From: Vibrio vulnificus CMCP6
GTDB lineage: Bacteria > Pseudomonadota > Gammaproteobacteria > Enterobacterales > Vibrionaceae
Assembly: GCF_000039765.1 (NCBI RefSeq)
Contig: NC_004460.2
Location: 180,001 to 212,000, forward strand
Direction: 5' to 3'
Length of the DNA: 32,000 nucleotides
The translations under genes were made by a program, and so were the position numbers. Below the pieces are notes generated by a model. The model saw nothing but the letters and a program-made list of their open reading frames with translations, was not told the origin of the DNA and searched no databases. Every line of letters starts with the position of its first letter. Position 1 is the first letter of the stretch. Positions 19,653 through 28,804 of the stretch are shown in pieces.

Positions 19653-21413
19653 TTAATTCAGATGCTTAAACTGCAATGCGACCAAGCGCTGGTATAGCTC
19701 ACAGCTTTGCATCAAGGCGTGATGATTACCGATATCGACCAACTCGCCATTGTCCAGCACGGCGATTTTATCGGCGTGTTGAATGGTGGAAAGGCGATGC
19801 GCGATGATCAACGTTGTGCGGCCTTTCATTAACGCTTCAAGTGCTTGCTGAACGTGGTGTTCACTCTCGCTGTCCAGTGCGCTGGTGGCTTCATCCAACA
19901 AAAGAATTTTGGGATCTTTCAAAATCGCGCGAGCAATGGCAATGCGCTGTTTTTGCCCGCCAGAGAGCCTGACCCCGCGCTCACCCAAAAAGCTGTGATA
20001 ACCTTCTGGCAGCTTTTCAATAAATTCGTGCGCGTGCGCTTTTTTCGCCGCCTCAATCACTTGCTCGTCAGTCGCGTCTGGGTTGCCGTAGCGAATGTTA
20101 TGGAACACATCGTGGCTAAATAACGCTGGTTGCTGCGGCACGAGCGCCATTTGTTGGCGCAGCTCGTTAGGATCAAACTGGCGAATATCGATACCACCCA
20201 ACAGCACATGCCCTTGTTGCGGGTCGTAAAAGCGTTGCAGTAGTTCAAACAACGTGGTTTTTCCCGCGCCCGATGGGCCGACCAAGGCCAACACTTTGCC
20301 TTGTTCCGCGGTGAGATTTAAGCCTTTGATCGCAGGCTGATTGGGGCGAGATGGGTAGTTGAAGTTCACCGAATCGAAGCTTACTTCGGCAGGGATGTCT
20401 GCGGGGATGGATTGCTGATGGCTAGGCGCTTTAATGTCGCTTTCCACTTGCAGAATTTCAATCAGTCTTTCGGTTGCGCCCGCCGCTCTTTGCAGCTCGC
20501 CCAGCACTTCAGAAATGGTGGCGGTGGAAGAGGCGACCATAATGGCATAAAAGACAAAAGCGCCGAGATCGCCTGCCGACATCTTTCCGTGGATCACATC
20601 ACTACCACCAACCCAAAGCATGCCTGCAATGGCACCAAAGACAATTACGATCACGCCAGAGATTAAAATCGCCCGCTGTTTTACACGCTGTCTGCCGATT
20701 TCGTACGCCTTTTCAACTTCAACCGCGAAGGCGGCTTTTTCATGTTGCTCAGAACTAAAGCTTTGCACGGTTTTAATGTGTTCTATTGCTTCTCCGGCGT
20801 AGCTGCCCACATCGGCCATTGAATCTTGGCTTTGGCGAGAGAGGGCACGCACGCGTCGGCCATAAACCAAAATTGGCACCAACACAAATGGCACGGAAGC
20901 CAGCACAATCAGCGTGAGTTTAAAGTTGGTGGCAAACAACATGATGATCGCCCCGACGCACATTAGCGCGCTACGCATCGCCATGGAAAACGACGAGCCA
21001 ATAATGCTTTGCAGCAAGGTGGTGTCTGTGGTGAGCCGCGACATAATATCGCCGCTGCTGTTGGTCTCGAAGTAGCTCGGGTGCAAGGTTATCACATGGT
21101 TAAACACCGCAAGGCGAATGTCGGCGCTGACACGCTCCCCAACCGATGAGACCAAATAAAAGCGAAAGAAGGTGCCAATCGCAATGCACAGAGTCACGCC
21201 AACAATAAACTGAATCGCATTGGTGAGCTCATGCAACGATTGCTGGGCAAACCCTTGGTCGATAAGCATACGTACCCCATACCCAACAGAAAGGGTAAGG
21301 CTCGCCGTGGCCACAAGCGCCACCAAAGCGGCAGCAACCCGCCATCTATAAGGTGAAACAAAGGTACTGAGTTTAAGAAGAATACCGAGGTTTTTATTGT
21401 TTTTGCTGCTCAT
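19653..21413 (-). CDS. ABC exporter, fused permease/ATPase (MsbA-like)
   Basis: LVGPSGAGKTTLFELLQRFYDP (Walker A), VRLSGGQKQRIAIARAILKDPKILLLDEATSALD (signature and Walker B), N-terminal transmembrane domain. Confidence 0.95.
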   Translation of the reverse strand: MSSKNNKNLGILLKLSTFVSPYRWRVAAALVALVATASLTLSVGYGVRMLIDQGFAQQSLHELTNAIQFIVGVTLCIAIGTFFRFYLVSSVGERVSADIRLAVFNHVITLHPSYFETNSSGDIMSRLTTDTTLLQSIIGSSFSMAMRSALMCVGAIIMLFATNFKLTLIVLASVPFVLVPILVYGRRVRALSRQSQDSMADVGSYAGEAIEHIKTVQSFSSEQHEKAAFAVEVEKAYEIGRQRVKQRAILISGVIVIVFGAIAGMLWVGGSDVIHGKMSAGDLGAFVFYAIMVASSTATISEVLGELQRAAGATERLIEILQVESDIKAPSHQQSIPADIPAEVSFDSVNFNYPSRPNQPAIKGLNLTAEQGKVLALVGPSGAGKTTLFELLQRFYDPQQGHVLLGGIDIRQFDPNELRQQMALVPQQPALFSHDVFHNIRYGNPDATDEQVIEAAKKAHAHEFIEKLPEGYHSFLGERGVRLSGGQKQRIAIARAILKDPKILLLDEATSALDSESEHHVQQALEALMKGRTTLIIAHRLSTIQHADKIAVLDNGELVDIGNHHALMQSCELYQRLVALQFKHLN

Positions 21414-21745
21414 GAATGACTCACAAAGCTATTGGGTACTTGGCATAGTAAGCGAGTTTGGGAAGATAGGCTAGGGAGGGGCGCTTAGTCTGGCGAATTC
21501 GTACTCGGCTTTAAATCGAAGCTGCATTAAGTATCTCTGAGAGTACCGATTCGTGAAATAGGTCATTCTTTTTAATTATTAAAGGTGAGTTAAAATGAAC
21601 TGCATTGAAATTAAATTAAAAACAGCTAGTTAGATTCAATGTTTGTATCGCATCATGCCGTTTTTTTTCATAGCTTCATGCCGTATCTATTCCTTGAATG
21701 TGCACGGTCAGCTATACTGCGGTTATTGTACGTAAGGAGGTTCAA

Positions 21746-22150
21746 ATGACAGCAGTAGACCGCATTTATCAAAAGATAAAGCGTTCAAGACGTTATGTAT
21801 TTGAACGCAAAGACTTTGACGGATTTGCAAGTTACGACCAAATAGGTCGGGCATTGAGGCAGCTTGTACAGCAAGGGGAGCTAATGAAGCTTGGCTATGG
21901 TTTGTATACCAAAGCAAGAATCAATAGCCTCACTGGTAAGCCTATGCCTACCAATCCAGGTGGTACCGATGCTCTTGTGCGTGAAATTCTTAAAATGAAA
22001 GGCGTTGATTTTGAAATGGATAGTCTATCGCAACAAAGTCTTTCAGGTGCGAGTACCCAAATTCCATCCTCTGTTCACTATTCATGGAACCCAAAACAGT
22101 TTAATCGCAAACTGGTGGTTGGTAGCCGTGTGCTGAACTTGCCAAGTTAG
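21746..22150 (+). CDS. AbiEi/DUF6088-like antitoxin
   Basis: Strong RBS AAGGAGG upstream of the ATG; MTAVDRIYQKIKRSRRYVFERKDFDGFASYDQIGRALRQLVQQGELMKLGYGLYTKARIN. Stop is directly upstream of the AbiEii-like ORF. Confidence 0.75.
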   Translation: MTAVDRIYQKIKRSRRYVFERKDFDGFASYDQIGRALRQLVQQGELMKLGYGLYTKARINSLTGKPMPTNPGGTDALVREILKMKGVDFEMDSLSQQSLSGASTQIPSSVHYSWNPKQFNRKLVVGSRVLNLPS

Positions 22151-22151
22151 T

Positions 22152-22550
22152 ATGAACGCACTAAAACAACAATTTCTTGAGGTTTCCGACGCGCTTGAGC
22201 TCGGAAATCCTGCCATCATTGAAAAAGATTTCTGGGTCGTCGCCTTACTTGCCGAGCTAGCAAAAGTTTCTCCTGAATATCATCAAATGGTCTTTTCCGG
22301 CGGCACGGCGTTGGCGAAATCAAACGTTAAAATTCTAAGAATGTCGGAAGATGTGGATATAAAACTCATCCCCAACCAAGCGTTTGATGAACTGAGTCGA
22401 GCAAAAAAGAAAGGCGTTAGAAAGGCATGGGTTAACGAGATTGAACAGGCGATCATTCATTCAGAACGATTTACCGTTGAAACGCGATCTGTGCGAGATG
22501 AGTACCGTTACGTTGAGTTTGAACTCAGATATCCGCAACAGTTTAGTTAA
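22152..22550 (+). pseudogene. AbiEii-like nucleotidyltransferase toxin, apparently C-terminally truncated
   Basis: LGNPAIIEKDFWVVALLAELAKVSPEYHQMVFSGGTALAKSNVKILRMSEDVDIKLIPN is AbiEii-like (FSGGTALAK, SEDVDIKL). The ORF stops after 132 aa, whereas the family is usually over 250 aa. Confidence 0.75.
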
Positions 22551-22693
22551 GCGCCCTGTCTTCGGCCCATTATTAAGTTAGAGTTAATCGAAACTATTCC
22601 ATTACTCAATACTAGTGCATGGTCTTCTCAACGCACCTCAACTACATGATTGGCTCGTTGACCGCCACAATGATGCAGTAACTCGCAGAATTT

Positions 22694-22719
22694 TTATTGC
22701 GGCTTTGATGCCGCAATAA
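22694..22719. repeat. Perfect 10-bp-stem hairpin
   Basis: TTATTGCGGC TTTGAT GCCGCAATAA. Confidence 0.6.
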
Positions 22720-22752
22720 GCTCTACTTGTACTAACTTAAATCATTTCACTG

Positions 22753-22962
22753 TTACGCATATGAAATCGTTCTTGAAAACGGTGGATATTTTTCAGTAGC
22801 GTCTTTGATTGTAAATGTCCGAACCAAATTCCCTTCTAAGTCATACTCTTCGTATGTTTCGTAGTCGGTATCAAGTCTTCCTTTGTCCTTTGATTCAGAC
22901 TTTATGAGCCTGTACTCGTGGTCAGGATTTAGTCGAAGTTCCTTTATGTATTCATCATTCAT
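22753..22962 (-). CDS. Small hypothetical protein directly downstream of the deaminase gene, 69 aa
   Basis: MNDEYIKELRLNPDHEYRLIKSESKDKGRLDTDYETYEEYDLEGNLVRTFTIKDATEKYPPFSRTISYA; same strand, 57 bp after the deaminase stop. Confidence 0.5.
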   Translation of the reverse strand: MNDEYIKELRLNPDHEYRLIKSESKDKGRLDTDYETYEEYDLEGNLVRTFTIKDATEKYPPFSRTISYA

Positions 22963-23019
22963 TTTGCAGTCCTCGGATTTAAGAGATCTATGCCTAGTGA
23001 CACGTTAAATACTTGAATG

Positions 23020-24888
23020 TTATTTAGCAGGATCTTGTAATGTTTTCTGATGTGATTTTTGAACTGTACCTAATTGATTTTTAAGTTTCTCCAACTCTTT
23101 TTCTAGGGCTTTAGCCTTGTGTTCTAAGGAATTAGCCTTAAGTATCAGCTCTTTATTTTCTTCTACTAATATCTTTTTCTGGTTTGGGACATTTAGTTGC
23201 AGGCCTATTTCTAGTTCGTCTTTGTAAGGGATGATCGGCTCGAATAATTGCTGATAGGCTCTACCTATAGCCCCTGAGAAAAGCTTCAGTTTAGGCGTAT
23301 CGACACCACAATTAATTATGTGGTCATTTGCCACGCCAGGGTATGGATCTATGAAGATTACACTATCAATTTTCAACTGATACGCTTTTTTTGCGCAGAG
23401 TTCACATGGGCTAGCTGTAGTGTATAAATATCCATGTTTTACTGGCATCCCACCATACTTAGATACTTGAAGAAAAGCGTTCTCTTCGGCATGAAGAGCT
23501 CTTGTATGAACTTGGTTTTTTTCTCCATCGATAGAGTTTTTAATGTCTTTAAAGCAGTAGGACACTGGTTTTCCACGGAATGATTTGTTGATGGATTCGG
23601 TAAATGAATAAATGTTTCCGAGGCTTGTTCTGAACTTAGTGTTTTCTCGTTCAAAAAGGCTAAATGCAGACTCGTCTTCATTAGTCAATAAGTCTTCCGC
23701 TCTTCGTAAATTACATGGGGTTTGACCTTGAGCCACATTGTTCCAACCAACAGCTTTAATTGACTTGTCTGAATCTGTAACTACAGCGCCAACTTGGCGA
23801 GAAAGACAACCTGAGTTTAGTTTTGCATTGTAAGCAATCTGCATGCAGCGCTCATCTTGAGAAGGCGTAACTAGGCCTGGATGCATTATCAGAGATATAT
23901 ACTTAATGAGTTGCCGTTTGAGGGATTTCAACTTGTAGTTGTCATCTGGGTTGTAGAGATGGATGTCTGAAATTTCAATACACCTTTGGAGGTCTAGAGA
24001 CCAAAAACGATCTTCACCTTTCAATGAATCAGGGTTTTCTCTTGAATCAATGGCCTTAATATCTTCCTTGGAAATGCTTGATTCTGATAGTAACCTGTTG
24101 ATTCGCTTGTCATTTTCAGTGGTTACTGAAAGCAAATAGAACGCAGAGTATCTTTCTCTGAAAAAAAATGCTTCGTAAGGGTTTCGGATTGCATCCAAAA
24201 CTACACAGACATTTTCCCCGTCGCTCTTTGACTTATGTCTTAATACCTTGATCAGTTTGTTGACTCTTTGCGAGAACATATAGATTTTACTAGAGTCGTA
24301 ATCATCTGATTCGGCAGTGCCAGACTTTCTGATGTTATTGCCTACTATCTGATAAAACTTGGTAAATGAACCTGGTTGAATTCTATGAAGGATTTTTCTT
24401 AGTTTATCTGTAAATTCGGGTAACTCATTGAAGTAAAAATCATAAATATCTTTGTTATATAGGTTGTCCTTATACTTCTCAGCATGTTTTTTAGCACTGT
24501 CTCTTTTGTTGTAATACTCGGTGTAGCATTGTTCGAGCTTTACATCTAGAGATTTACTATTTGTTCCAAGCTCTTTATCTAGCGTTGCCTTATAAAGCTC
24601 GTCAAAATCTTTAAATGGTAACTCTAATAAAAAGGTCGATACGACGTCACTCATTCTAATGTGGTGGAACTTACACCAATGTTCAGATAGGTAGTTATAT
24701 ACAATTCTATATTTTCTTTCTTCGTCATTAGGAAACGCTGCTTGATGCGGCTTTGGCGGGTTGAGTTCGGAGAAAGTATTGTGTTTCAGTAACTTTGAAA
24801 GAGTTGTACACCCAGAACCAGTTCTTCCAGTAAGCCCTAGTATTATGAACTTGGCGCGCTCTTTGTAGATTGTCTCTAGACCAGTCAT
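23020..24888 (-). CDS. avcD: Anti-phage nucleotide deaminase of AvcD/DcdV type: P-loop domain fused to a cytidine/dCMP deaminase domain, 622 aa
   Basis: N-terminal Walker A IILGLTGRTGSGCTTLSKLL; C-terminal zinc deaminase motifs HTRALHAEENAFLQVSKYGG...YLYTTASPCELCAKKAYQL; DAIRNPYEAFFFRERYSAFYLL region; about 50-aa coiled-coil-like C-terminal tail. Confidence 0.83.
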   Translation of the reverse strand: MTGLETIYKERAKFIILGLTGRTGSGCTTLSKLLKHNTFSELNPPKPHQAAFPNDEERKYRIVYNYLSEHWCKFHHIRMSDVVSTFLLELPFKDFDELYKATLDKELGTNSKSLDVKLEQCYTEYYNKRDSAKKHAEKYKDNLYNKDIYDFYFNELPEFTDKLRKILHRIQPGSFTKFYQIVGNNIRKSGTAESDDYDSSKIYMFSQRVNKLIKVLRHKSKSDGENVCVVLDAIRNPYEAFFFRERYSAFYLLSVTTENDKRINRLLSESSISKEDIKAIDSRENPDSLKGEDRFWSLDLQRCIEISDIHLYNPDDNYKLKSLKRQLIKYISLIMHPGLVTPSQDERCMQIAYNAKLNSGCLSRQVGAVVTDSDKSIKAVGWNNVAQGQTPCNLRRAEDLLTNEDESAFSLFERENTKFRTSLGNIYSFTESINKSFRGKPVSYCFKDIKNSIDGEKNQVHTRALHAEENAFLQVSKYGGMPVKHGYLYTTASPCELCAKKAYQLKIDSVIFIDPYPGVANDHIINCGVDTPKLKLFSGAIGRAYQQLFEPIIPYKDELEIGLQLNVPNQKKILVEENKELILKANSLEHKAKALEKELEKLKNQLGTVQKSHQKTLQDPAK

Positions 24889-25110
24889 TGTTTTAATTAT
24901 CCTATCAGAATCAAACTTCTACACTTTTTCAATATCGGAAAGTGTATCGTATGCAATTAATTGTTTAACATTATACTGATTAGGGTCTTTACTCAACAAA
25001 TTGCACTGTATTGGTGATGCAAAGCACAGTGACCAATATATTTGAAGGTATTTTTAAAGAAGGTCGTGATGAGCTAAGTCTGGTGATTGGAAACACGATG
25101 TGTGAATAAT
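24889..25110 (-). ncRNA. Candidate AvcI-like antitoxin RNA / structured leader region upstream of avcD (extent unknown)
   Basis: Position and orientation match the known AvcI-AvcD arrangement, with no convincing ORF on the minus strand. Sequence identity to AvcI was not established. Confidence 0.3.
24921..24945 (-). promoter_or_regulatory. Hairpin in the 5' leader of the deaminase gene
   Basis: Minus strand ACACTTT CCGATATTGAA AAAGTGT, about 33 nt upstream of the start codon. Confidence 0.45.
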
Positions 25111-25195
25111 TCAGAAAATAACCGATTGTGTAAGCTGTAAGCTAAAAAAGGGCGTCGCGTTTTCGAGTTAACCATCAGAGCTTACTAAACCACAC

Positions 25196-25222
25196 AAAGG
25201 CCAACCAATCGGTTCGCCTTTG
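25196..25222. terminator. Terminator-like hairpin, near-copy of the gcvP terminator
   Basis: AAAGGCCAACCAATCGGTTCGCCTTTG; 25/27 identical to 25788-25814. Confidence 0.7.
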
Positions 25223-25247
25223 CTAGTAAGTACATTGTGTCACTAAG

Positions 25248-25427
25248 TTATGCTGCTATCTCATTTAGCTCGTAGTTACCTTCGTAGTTTTTCATTTCTT
25301 CGAGGACTTCATCAGCGGAAACAAAGAAGAACTCTTTCCTACCATTAACAAGGTTGACTCTTTGTTCGGCAAACTTTGTGTGCAAGAATCGTTCAAATGT
25401 TGGTGCATCCTCAGTATGGAACACATC
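25248..25427 (-). pseudogene. C-terminal remnant of a DUF4041/T5orf172 (GIY-YIG-like) protein
   Basis: Reverse-strand reading: VFHTEDAPTFERFLHTKFAEQRVNLVNGRKEFFFVSADEVLEEMKNYEGNYELNEIAA*; not in the supplied ORF track. Confidence 0.65.
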
Positions 25428-25729
25428 AAGGGGTTAAAGGCTTAGAGTTTGATCGTGTTATGGCAATTATGGACGATAACAGTGCAAATGGATTCCTGTT
25501 CCTCTATGAAAAACTATTTGGTGCTCAAGAGTTATCCCAGACGGATATACGAAATCAATCAGAAGGCAAAGACTCTGTTCTATCAAGAACTAGAAGGTTG
25601 TTTTATGTGATATGTAGTAGGGCAGAAAAGAGTTTAGCTATCGTTGCATATACCAAAGATCCCAAAGTTGTAAAGAGGAAGAGTTTAGAGTCTGGCTGGT
25701 TTACTCAAGATGAAATTGAAATGATGTAG
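25416..25729 (+). pseudogene. C-terminal remnant of a UvrD-like helicase
   Basis: GTHQGVKGLEFDRVMAIMDDNSANGFLFLYEKLFGAQELS...GKDSVLSRTRRLFYVICSRAEKSLAIVAYTKDPK; helicase motifs V/VI present, N-terminal ATPase motifs missing. Confidence 0.78.
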
Positions 25730-25787
25730 TGGGGTTCTATCTACTTGTAATTTGGTGACAGTGATTTCTAGGTGATAGTGACGTGAA

Positions 25788-25814
25788 AAAGGCGAACCCA
25801 TCGGTTCGCCTTTG
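25788..25814 (-). terminator. gcvP terminator
   Basis: AAAGGCGAACC CATC GGTTCGCCTTT perfect 11-bp stem. Confidence 0.85.
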
Positions 25815-25835
25815 ATATTTCAGTTGCTACAAAAA

Positions 25836-28700
25836 TTACTCTTCGTAGTTCTCAATGCCTGGGCATGAGCAAACTAGGTTACGGTCACCGTAGACGTTGT
25901 CTACACGGTTCACGGTTGGCCAGTATTTAGAACGCTTAGTCGCAGCAGATGGGAAGCACGCGATTTCACGTGGGTATGGGCGATCCCATTGCTCTTCCAT
26001 TAGGTCTACTTGCGTGTGTGGCGCGTTAACCAGAGGGTTGTTCTCTAGTGGCCATTCACCGTTCTTCACTTTGGTCATCTCTTCGCGGATGGCGATCATC
26101 GCGTCACAGAAACGATCTAGCTCTTCCAGATCTTCCGATTCCGTTGGCTCTACCATCAGTGTGCCTGCCACAGGGAACGACATGGTTGGCGCGTGGAAAC
26201 CGTAGTCCATCAAACGTTTTGCAATGTCTTCTTCGCTGATGCCTGTTTCTTCTTTCAGCGGACGAATATCGATAATACATTCGTGCGCCACGCGGCCATT
26301 GGTGCCACGGTAAAGAACAGGGTAGTGCGGGCGTAGACGCTCCATCACGTAGTTCGCGTTCAAAATCGCCACTTTGGTTGCTTCTGTTAGGCCATCTGCG
26401 CCCATCATGGCAATGTAAGCCCAAGAGATTGGCAGAATTGATGCACTGCCGAGATCCGCTGCCGAAACTGCAAACTCTTTACCTTCTACACCGTTTTCGA
26501 TGTGACCAGGTAGGAAAGGTGCTAGGTGCGATTTCACACCGATAGGACCCATACCCGGACCGCCACCACCGTGTGGGATACAGAAGGTTTTGTGTAGGTT
26601 AAGGTGCGAAACGTCTGAACCGATAAAGCCCGGAGACGTTAGGCCAACCTGCGCGTTCATGTTTGCGCCATCAAGATAAACCTGACCGCCAGCCGCGTGA
26701 ACCATTTCGCACACTTCTTTCACTTGCTCTTCGTAAACGCCGTGCGTTGAAGGATACGTGATCATGATACTTGATAGGTTTTCTTGGTGTTTTTCGATTT
26801 TCGCAGCAAGGTCGACAAGGTCGATGTTGCCGTTTTCATCACATTTCACCACCACCACTTTCATTGAAACCATCGCAGCCGTTGCTGGGTTGGTGCCGTG
26901 CGCGGAGCTTGGGATCAAACACACGTTGCGGTGACCTTCGCCACGGCTTTCGTGGTAACGCTGAATCGCGATAAGGCCAGCGTATTCGCCAGAAGCACCC
27001 GAGTTTGGTTGTAGTGAGAACGCATCGTAGCCAGTGATTTCACACAGCTTCGCTTTGAGATCTTCAGCCAGTGCAGTGTAACCCGCAGCTTGCTCGATAG
27101 GCGCGAATGGGTGAAGCGCACCAAACTCAGGCCAAGTTACAGGGATCATCTCTGCGGCGGCGTTGAGCTTCATGGTACAGCTGCCCAGTGGGATCATGCC
27201 GTGAGTAAGCGAGAAGTCTTTGTTTTCTAGCTGTTTTAGGTAACGCATCATCTGTGTTTCACTGTGGTGAGTGTTGAACACAGGGTGAGTGAGGAAACGG
27301 CTAGTACGACGACACGCTTCTGGAATTGCGGCAAACTCGTTGCCTGCGATGTCGGTTGAAAGTGCGTTTACGCTCTCTTTCACATCGAAAATTGCGAATA
27401 GGGCGTCGATGTCTGCCACGGTAGTGGTTTCGTCAAAGCTGATGCCGATTTGGCCGTCAAGCAGACGCAGGTTGATGTCTGCCGCTTGTGCTTTGGCGTA
27501 AAGCGCTTGAGTGTTGTCACCAGTGTTGATGGTGATGGTGTCGAAGAACGCGTTATGCGCAAGCTCGTAACCGGATTTGGTTAGGCCAGCAGCAAGAATA
27601 GCCGTCATGTGGTGAGTGCGGCGCGCGATGGTGCGGATACCTACTTCACCGTGGTACACGGCAAAGAACGATGCCATGTTGGCAAGCAGTGCCTGTGCCG
27701 TACAGATGTTCGAGGTCGCTTTCTCGCGGCGGATATGCTGCTCACGTGTTTGCATTGCCATGCGCAGTGCTTGGTTGCCTTTGGCGTCGATAGAAACACC
27801 GATCACACGGCCTGGCATGGTGCGTTTGTGCTGTTCGCGCGTTGCCATGAATGCTGCGTGTGGGCCACCGTAACCCATAGGTACGCCAAAGCGTTGTGCT
27901 GAGCCAATGACAACATCTGCACCCATTTCGCCGGCTGGCTTCACAAGTGCAGAAGCAAGGAGATCGGTAGCAACTGAAACCAGTGTCTTGTTGGCTTGTG
28001 CTTGCGTGATGACATCGGTGAGATCGCGTACTTCGCCCGTTGTGCTTGGGTATTGAAGTAGGGCACCGAACGCTTCTGTTTGTGGGAGTGAATCAACATT
28101 GCCGATCACTACGTCAAAGCCGAAGTATTTTGCGCGAGTTTTGATCACTTCAATGGTTTGTGGGTGAACATCGTCTGCCACGAAGAAGACTTTGCTCTTG
28201 CTCTTACCAGCGCGCTGGCAAAGCGTCATCGCTTCTGCTGCTGCGGTGGCTTCATCGAGTAGAGAGGCGTTTGCGATGTCCATGCCCGTTAGGTCCATCA
28301 CCATTTGTTGATAGTTCAACAATGATTCCAATCGACCTTGAGAAATTTCTGGTTGGTATGGCGTGTAAGCCGTGTACCAGCCTGGGTTTTCCAGTACGTT
28401 ACGCAAAATAACGTTTGGCGTGAAGGTGTTGTAGTAACCTTGGCCAATGAAAGTGCGCTTAACTTGGTTTAAATCAGCGAACTTTTTGATCGATGCCAGC
28501 ATGTCTGCTTCGCTCTGTGCTTCTGCCAGTTGCATTGGCTTTTCAAGGCGAATTTGTGCTGGAACGGTTTGTGCGATCAAGGCATCTAGGCTTTCTGCGT
28601 TAATGGTAGAAAGCATTTTTTGTTGATCGGCGTGGTTTGGTCCGTTGTGGCGACCAACGAACTCGTGTTGTGTGTTGAGGCTTTGAAGTAATTCAGTCAT
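25836..28700 (-). CDS. gcvP: Glycine dehydrogenase (decarboxylating), P-protein
   Basis: 954 aa; [19 protein letters not shown]-type [40 protein letters not shown]-like [10 protein letters not shown]. Confidence 0.98.
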   Translation of the reverse strand: MTELLQSLNTQHEFVGRHNGPNHADQQKMLSTINAESLDALIAQTVPAQIRLEKPMQLAEAQSEADMLASIKKFADLNQVKRTFIGQGYYNTFTPNVILRNVLENPGWYTAYTPYQPEISQGRLESLLNYQQMVMDLTGMDIANASLLDEATAAAEAMTLCQRAGKSKSKVFFVADDVHPQTIEVIKTRAKYFGFDVVIGNVDSLPQTEAFGALLQYPSTTGEVRDLTDVITQAQANKTLVSVATDLLASALVKPAGEMGADVVIGSAQRFGVPMGYGGPHAAFMATREQHKRTMPGRVIGVSIDAKGNQALRMAMQTREQHIRREKATSNICTAQALLANMASFFAVYHGEVGIRTIARRTHHMTAILAAGLTKSGYELAHNAFFDTITINTGDNTQALYAKAQAADINLRLLDGQIGISFDETTTVADIDALFAIFDVKESVNALSTDIAGNEFAAIPEACRRTSRFLTHPVFNTHHSETQMMRYLKQLENKDFSLTHGMIPLGSCTMKLNAAAEMIPVTWPEFGALHPFAPIEQAAGYTALAEDLKAKLCEITGYDAFSLQPNSGASGEYAGLIAIQRYHESRGEGHRNVCLIPSSAHGTNPATAAMVSMKVVVVKCDENGNIDLVDLAAKIEKHQENLSSIMITYPSTHGVYEEQVKEVCEMVHAAGGQVYLDGANMNAQVGLTSPGFIGSDVSHLNLHKTFCIPHGGGGPGMGPIGVKSHLAPFLPGHIENGVEGKEFAVSAADLGSASILPISWAYIAMMGADGLTEATKVAILNANYVMERLRPHYPVLYRGTNGRVAHECIIDIRPLKEETGISEEDIAKRLMDYGFHAPTMSFPVAGTLMVEPTESEDLEELDRFCDAMIAIREEMTKVKNGEWPLENNPLVNAPHTQVDLMEEQWDRPYPREIACFPSAATKRSKYWPTVNRVDNVYGDRNLVCSCPGIENYEE

Positions 28701-28804
28701 GGTCCTTTACCTTCAAGAGAGCTGAGAAAGCGCGAACGCTAAAAACACAGCCTTGAAAAAAAGCTGCCCACGGGAGGAGGCAGCTTTATATCAAAATTCC
28801 TTTA

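Noticed and set aside
22540-22752. Possible integron attC site after the AbiEii fragment (GTTAAGC near the stop)
   Set aside because: A single GTTRRRY-like heptamer without a matching inverse core site or paired internal boxes is not sufficient.
25004-25037. H-type pseudoknot formed by CACTGT-ATTGGT...ACAGTG-ACCAAT
   Set aside because: The complementary arms interleave, but both crossing loops would be 0 nt, which is sterically implausible. I treat them only as possible alternative hairpins.
25000-25112. Short plus-strand reading MQSTVTNIFEGIFKEGRDELSLVIGNTMCE* divergent from the deaminase gene
   Set aside because: Only 30 aa, with no recognisable RBS or domain and overlap with the putative RNA region. 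It could be a remnant but is not supportable as a gene.
26048-28411. Many ORFs antisense to gcvP (for example 26104..26424, 27609..27902, 28160..28411)
   Set aside because: They lie entirely inside the strongly supported gcvP gene, have low-complexity or translated-antisense character, and have no recognisable domains.
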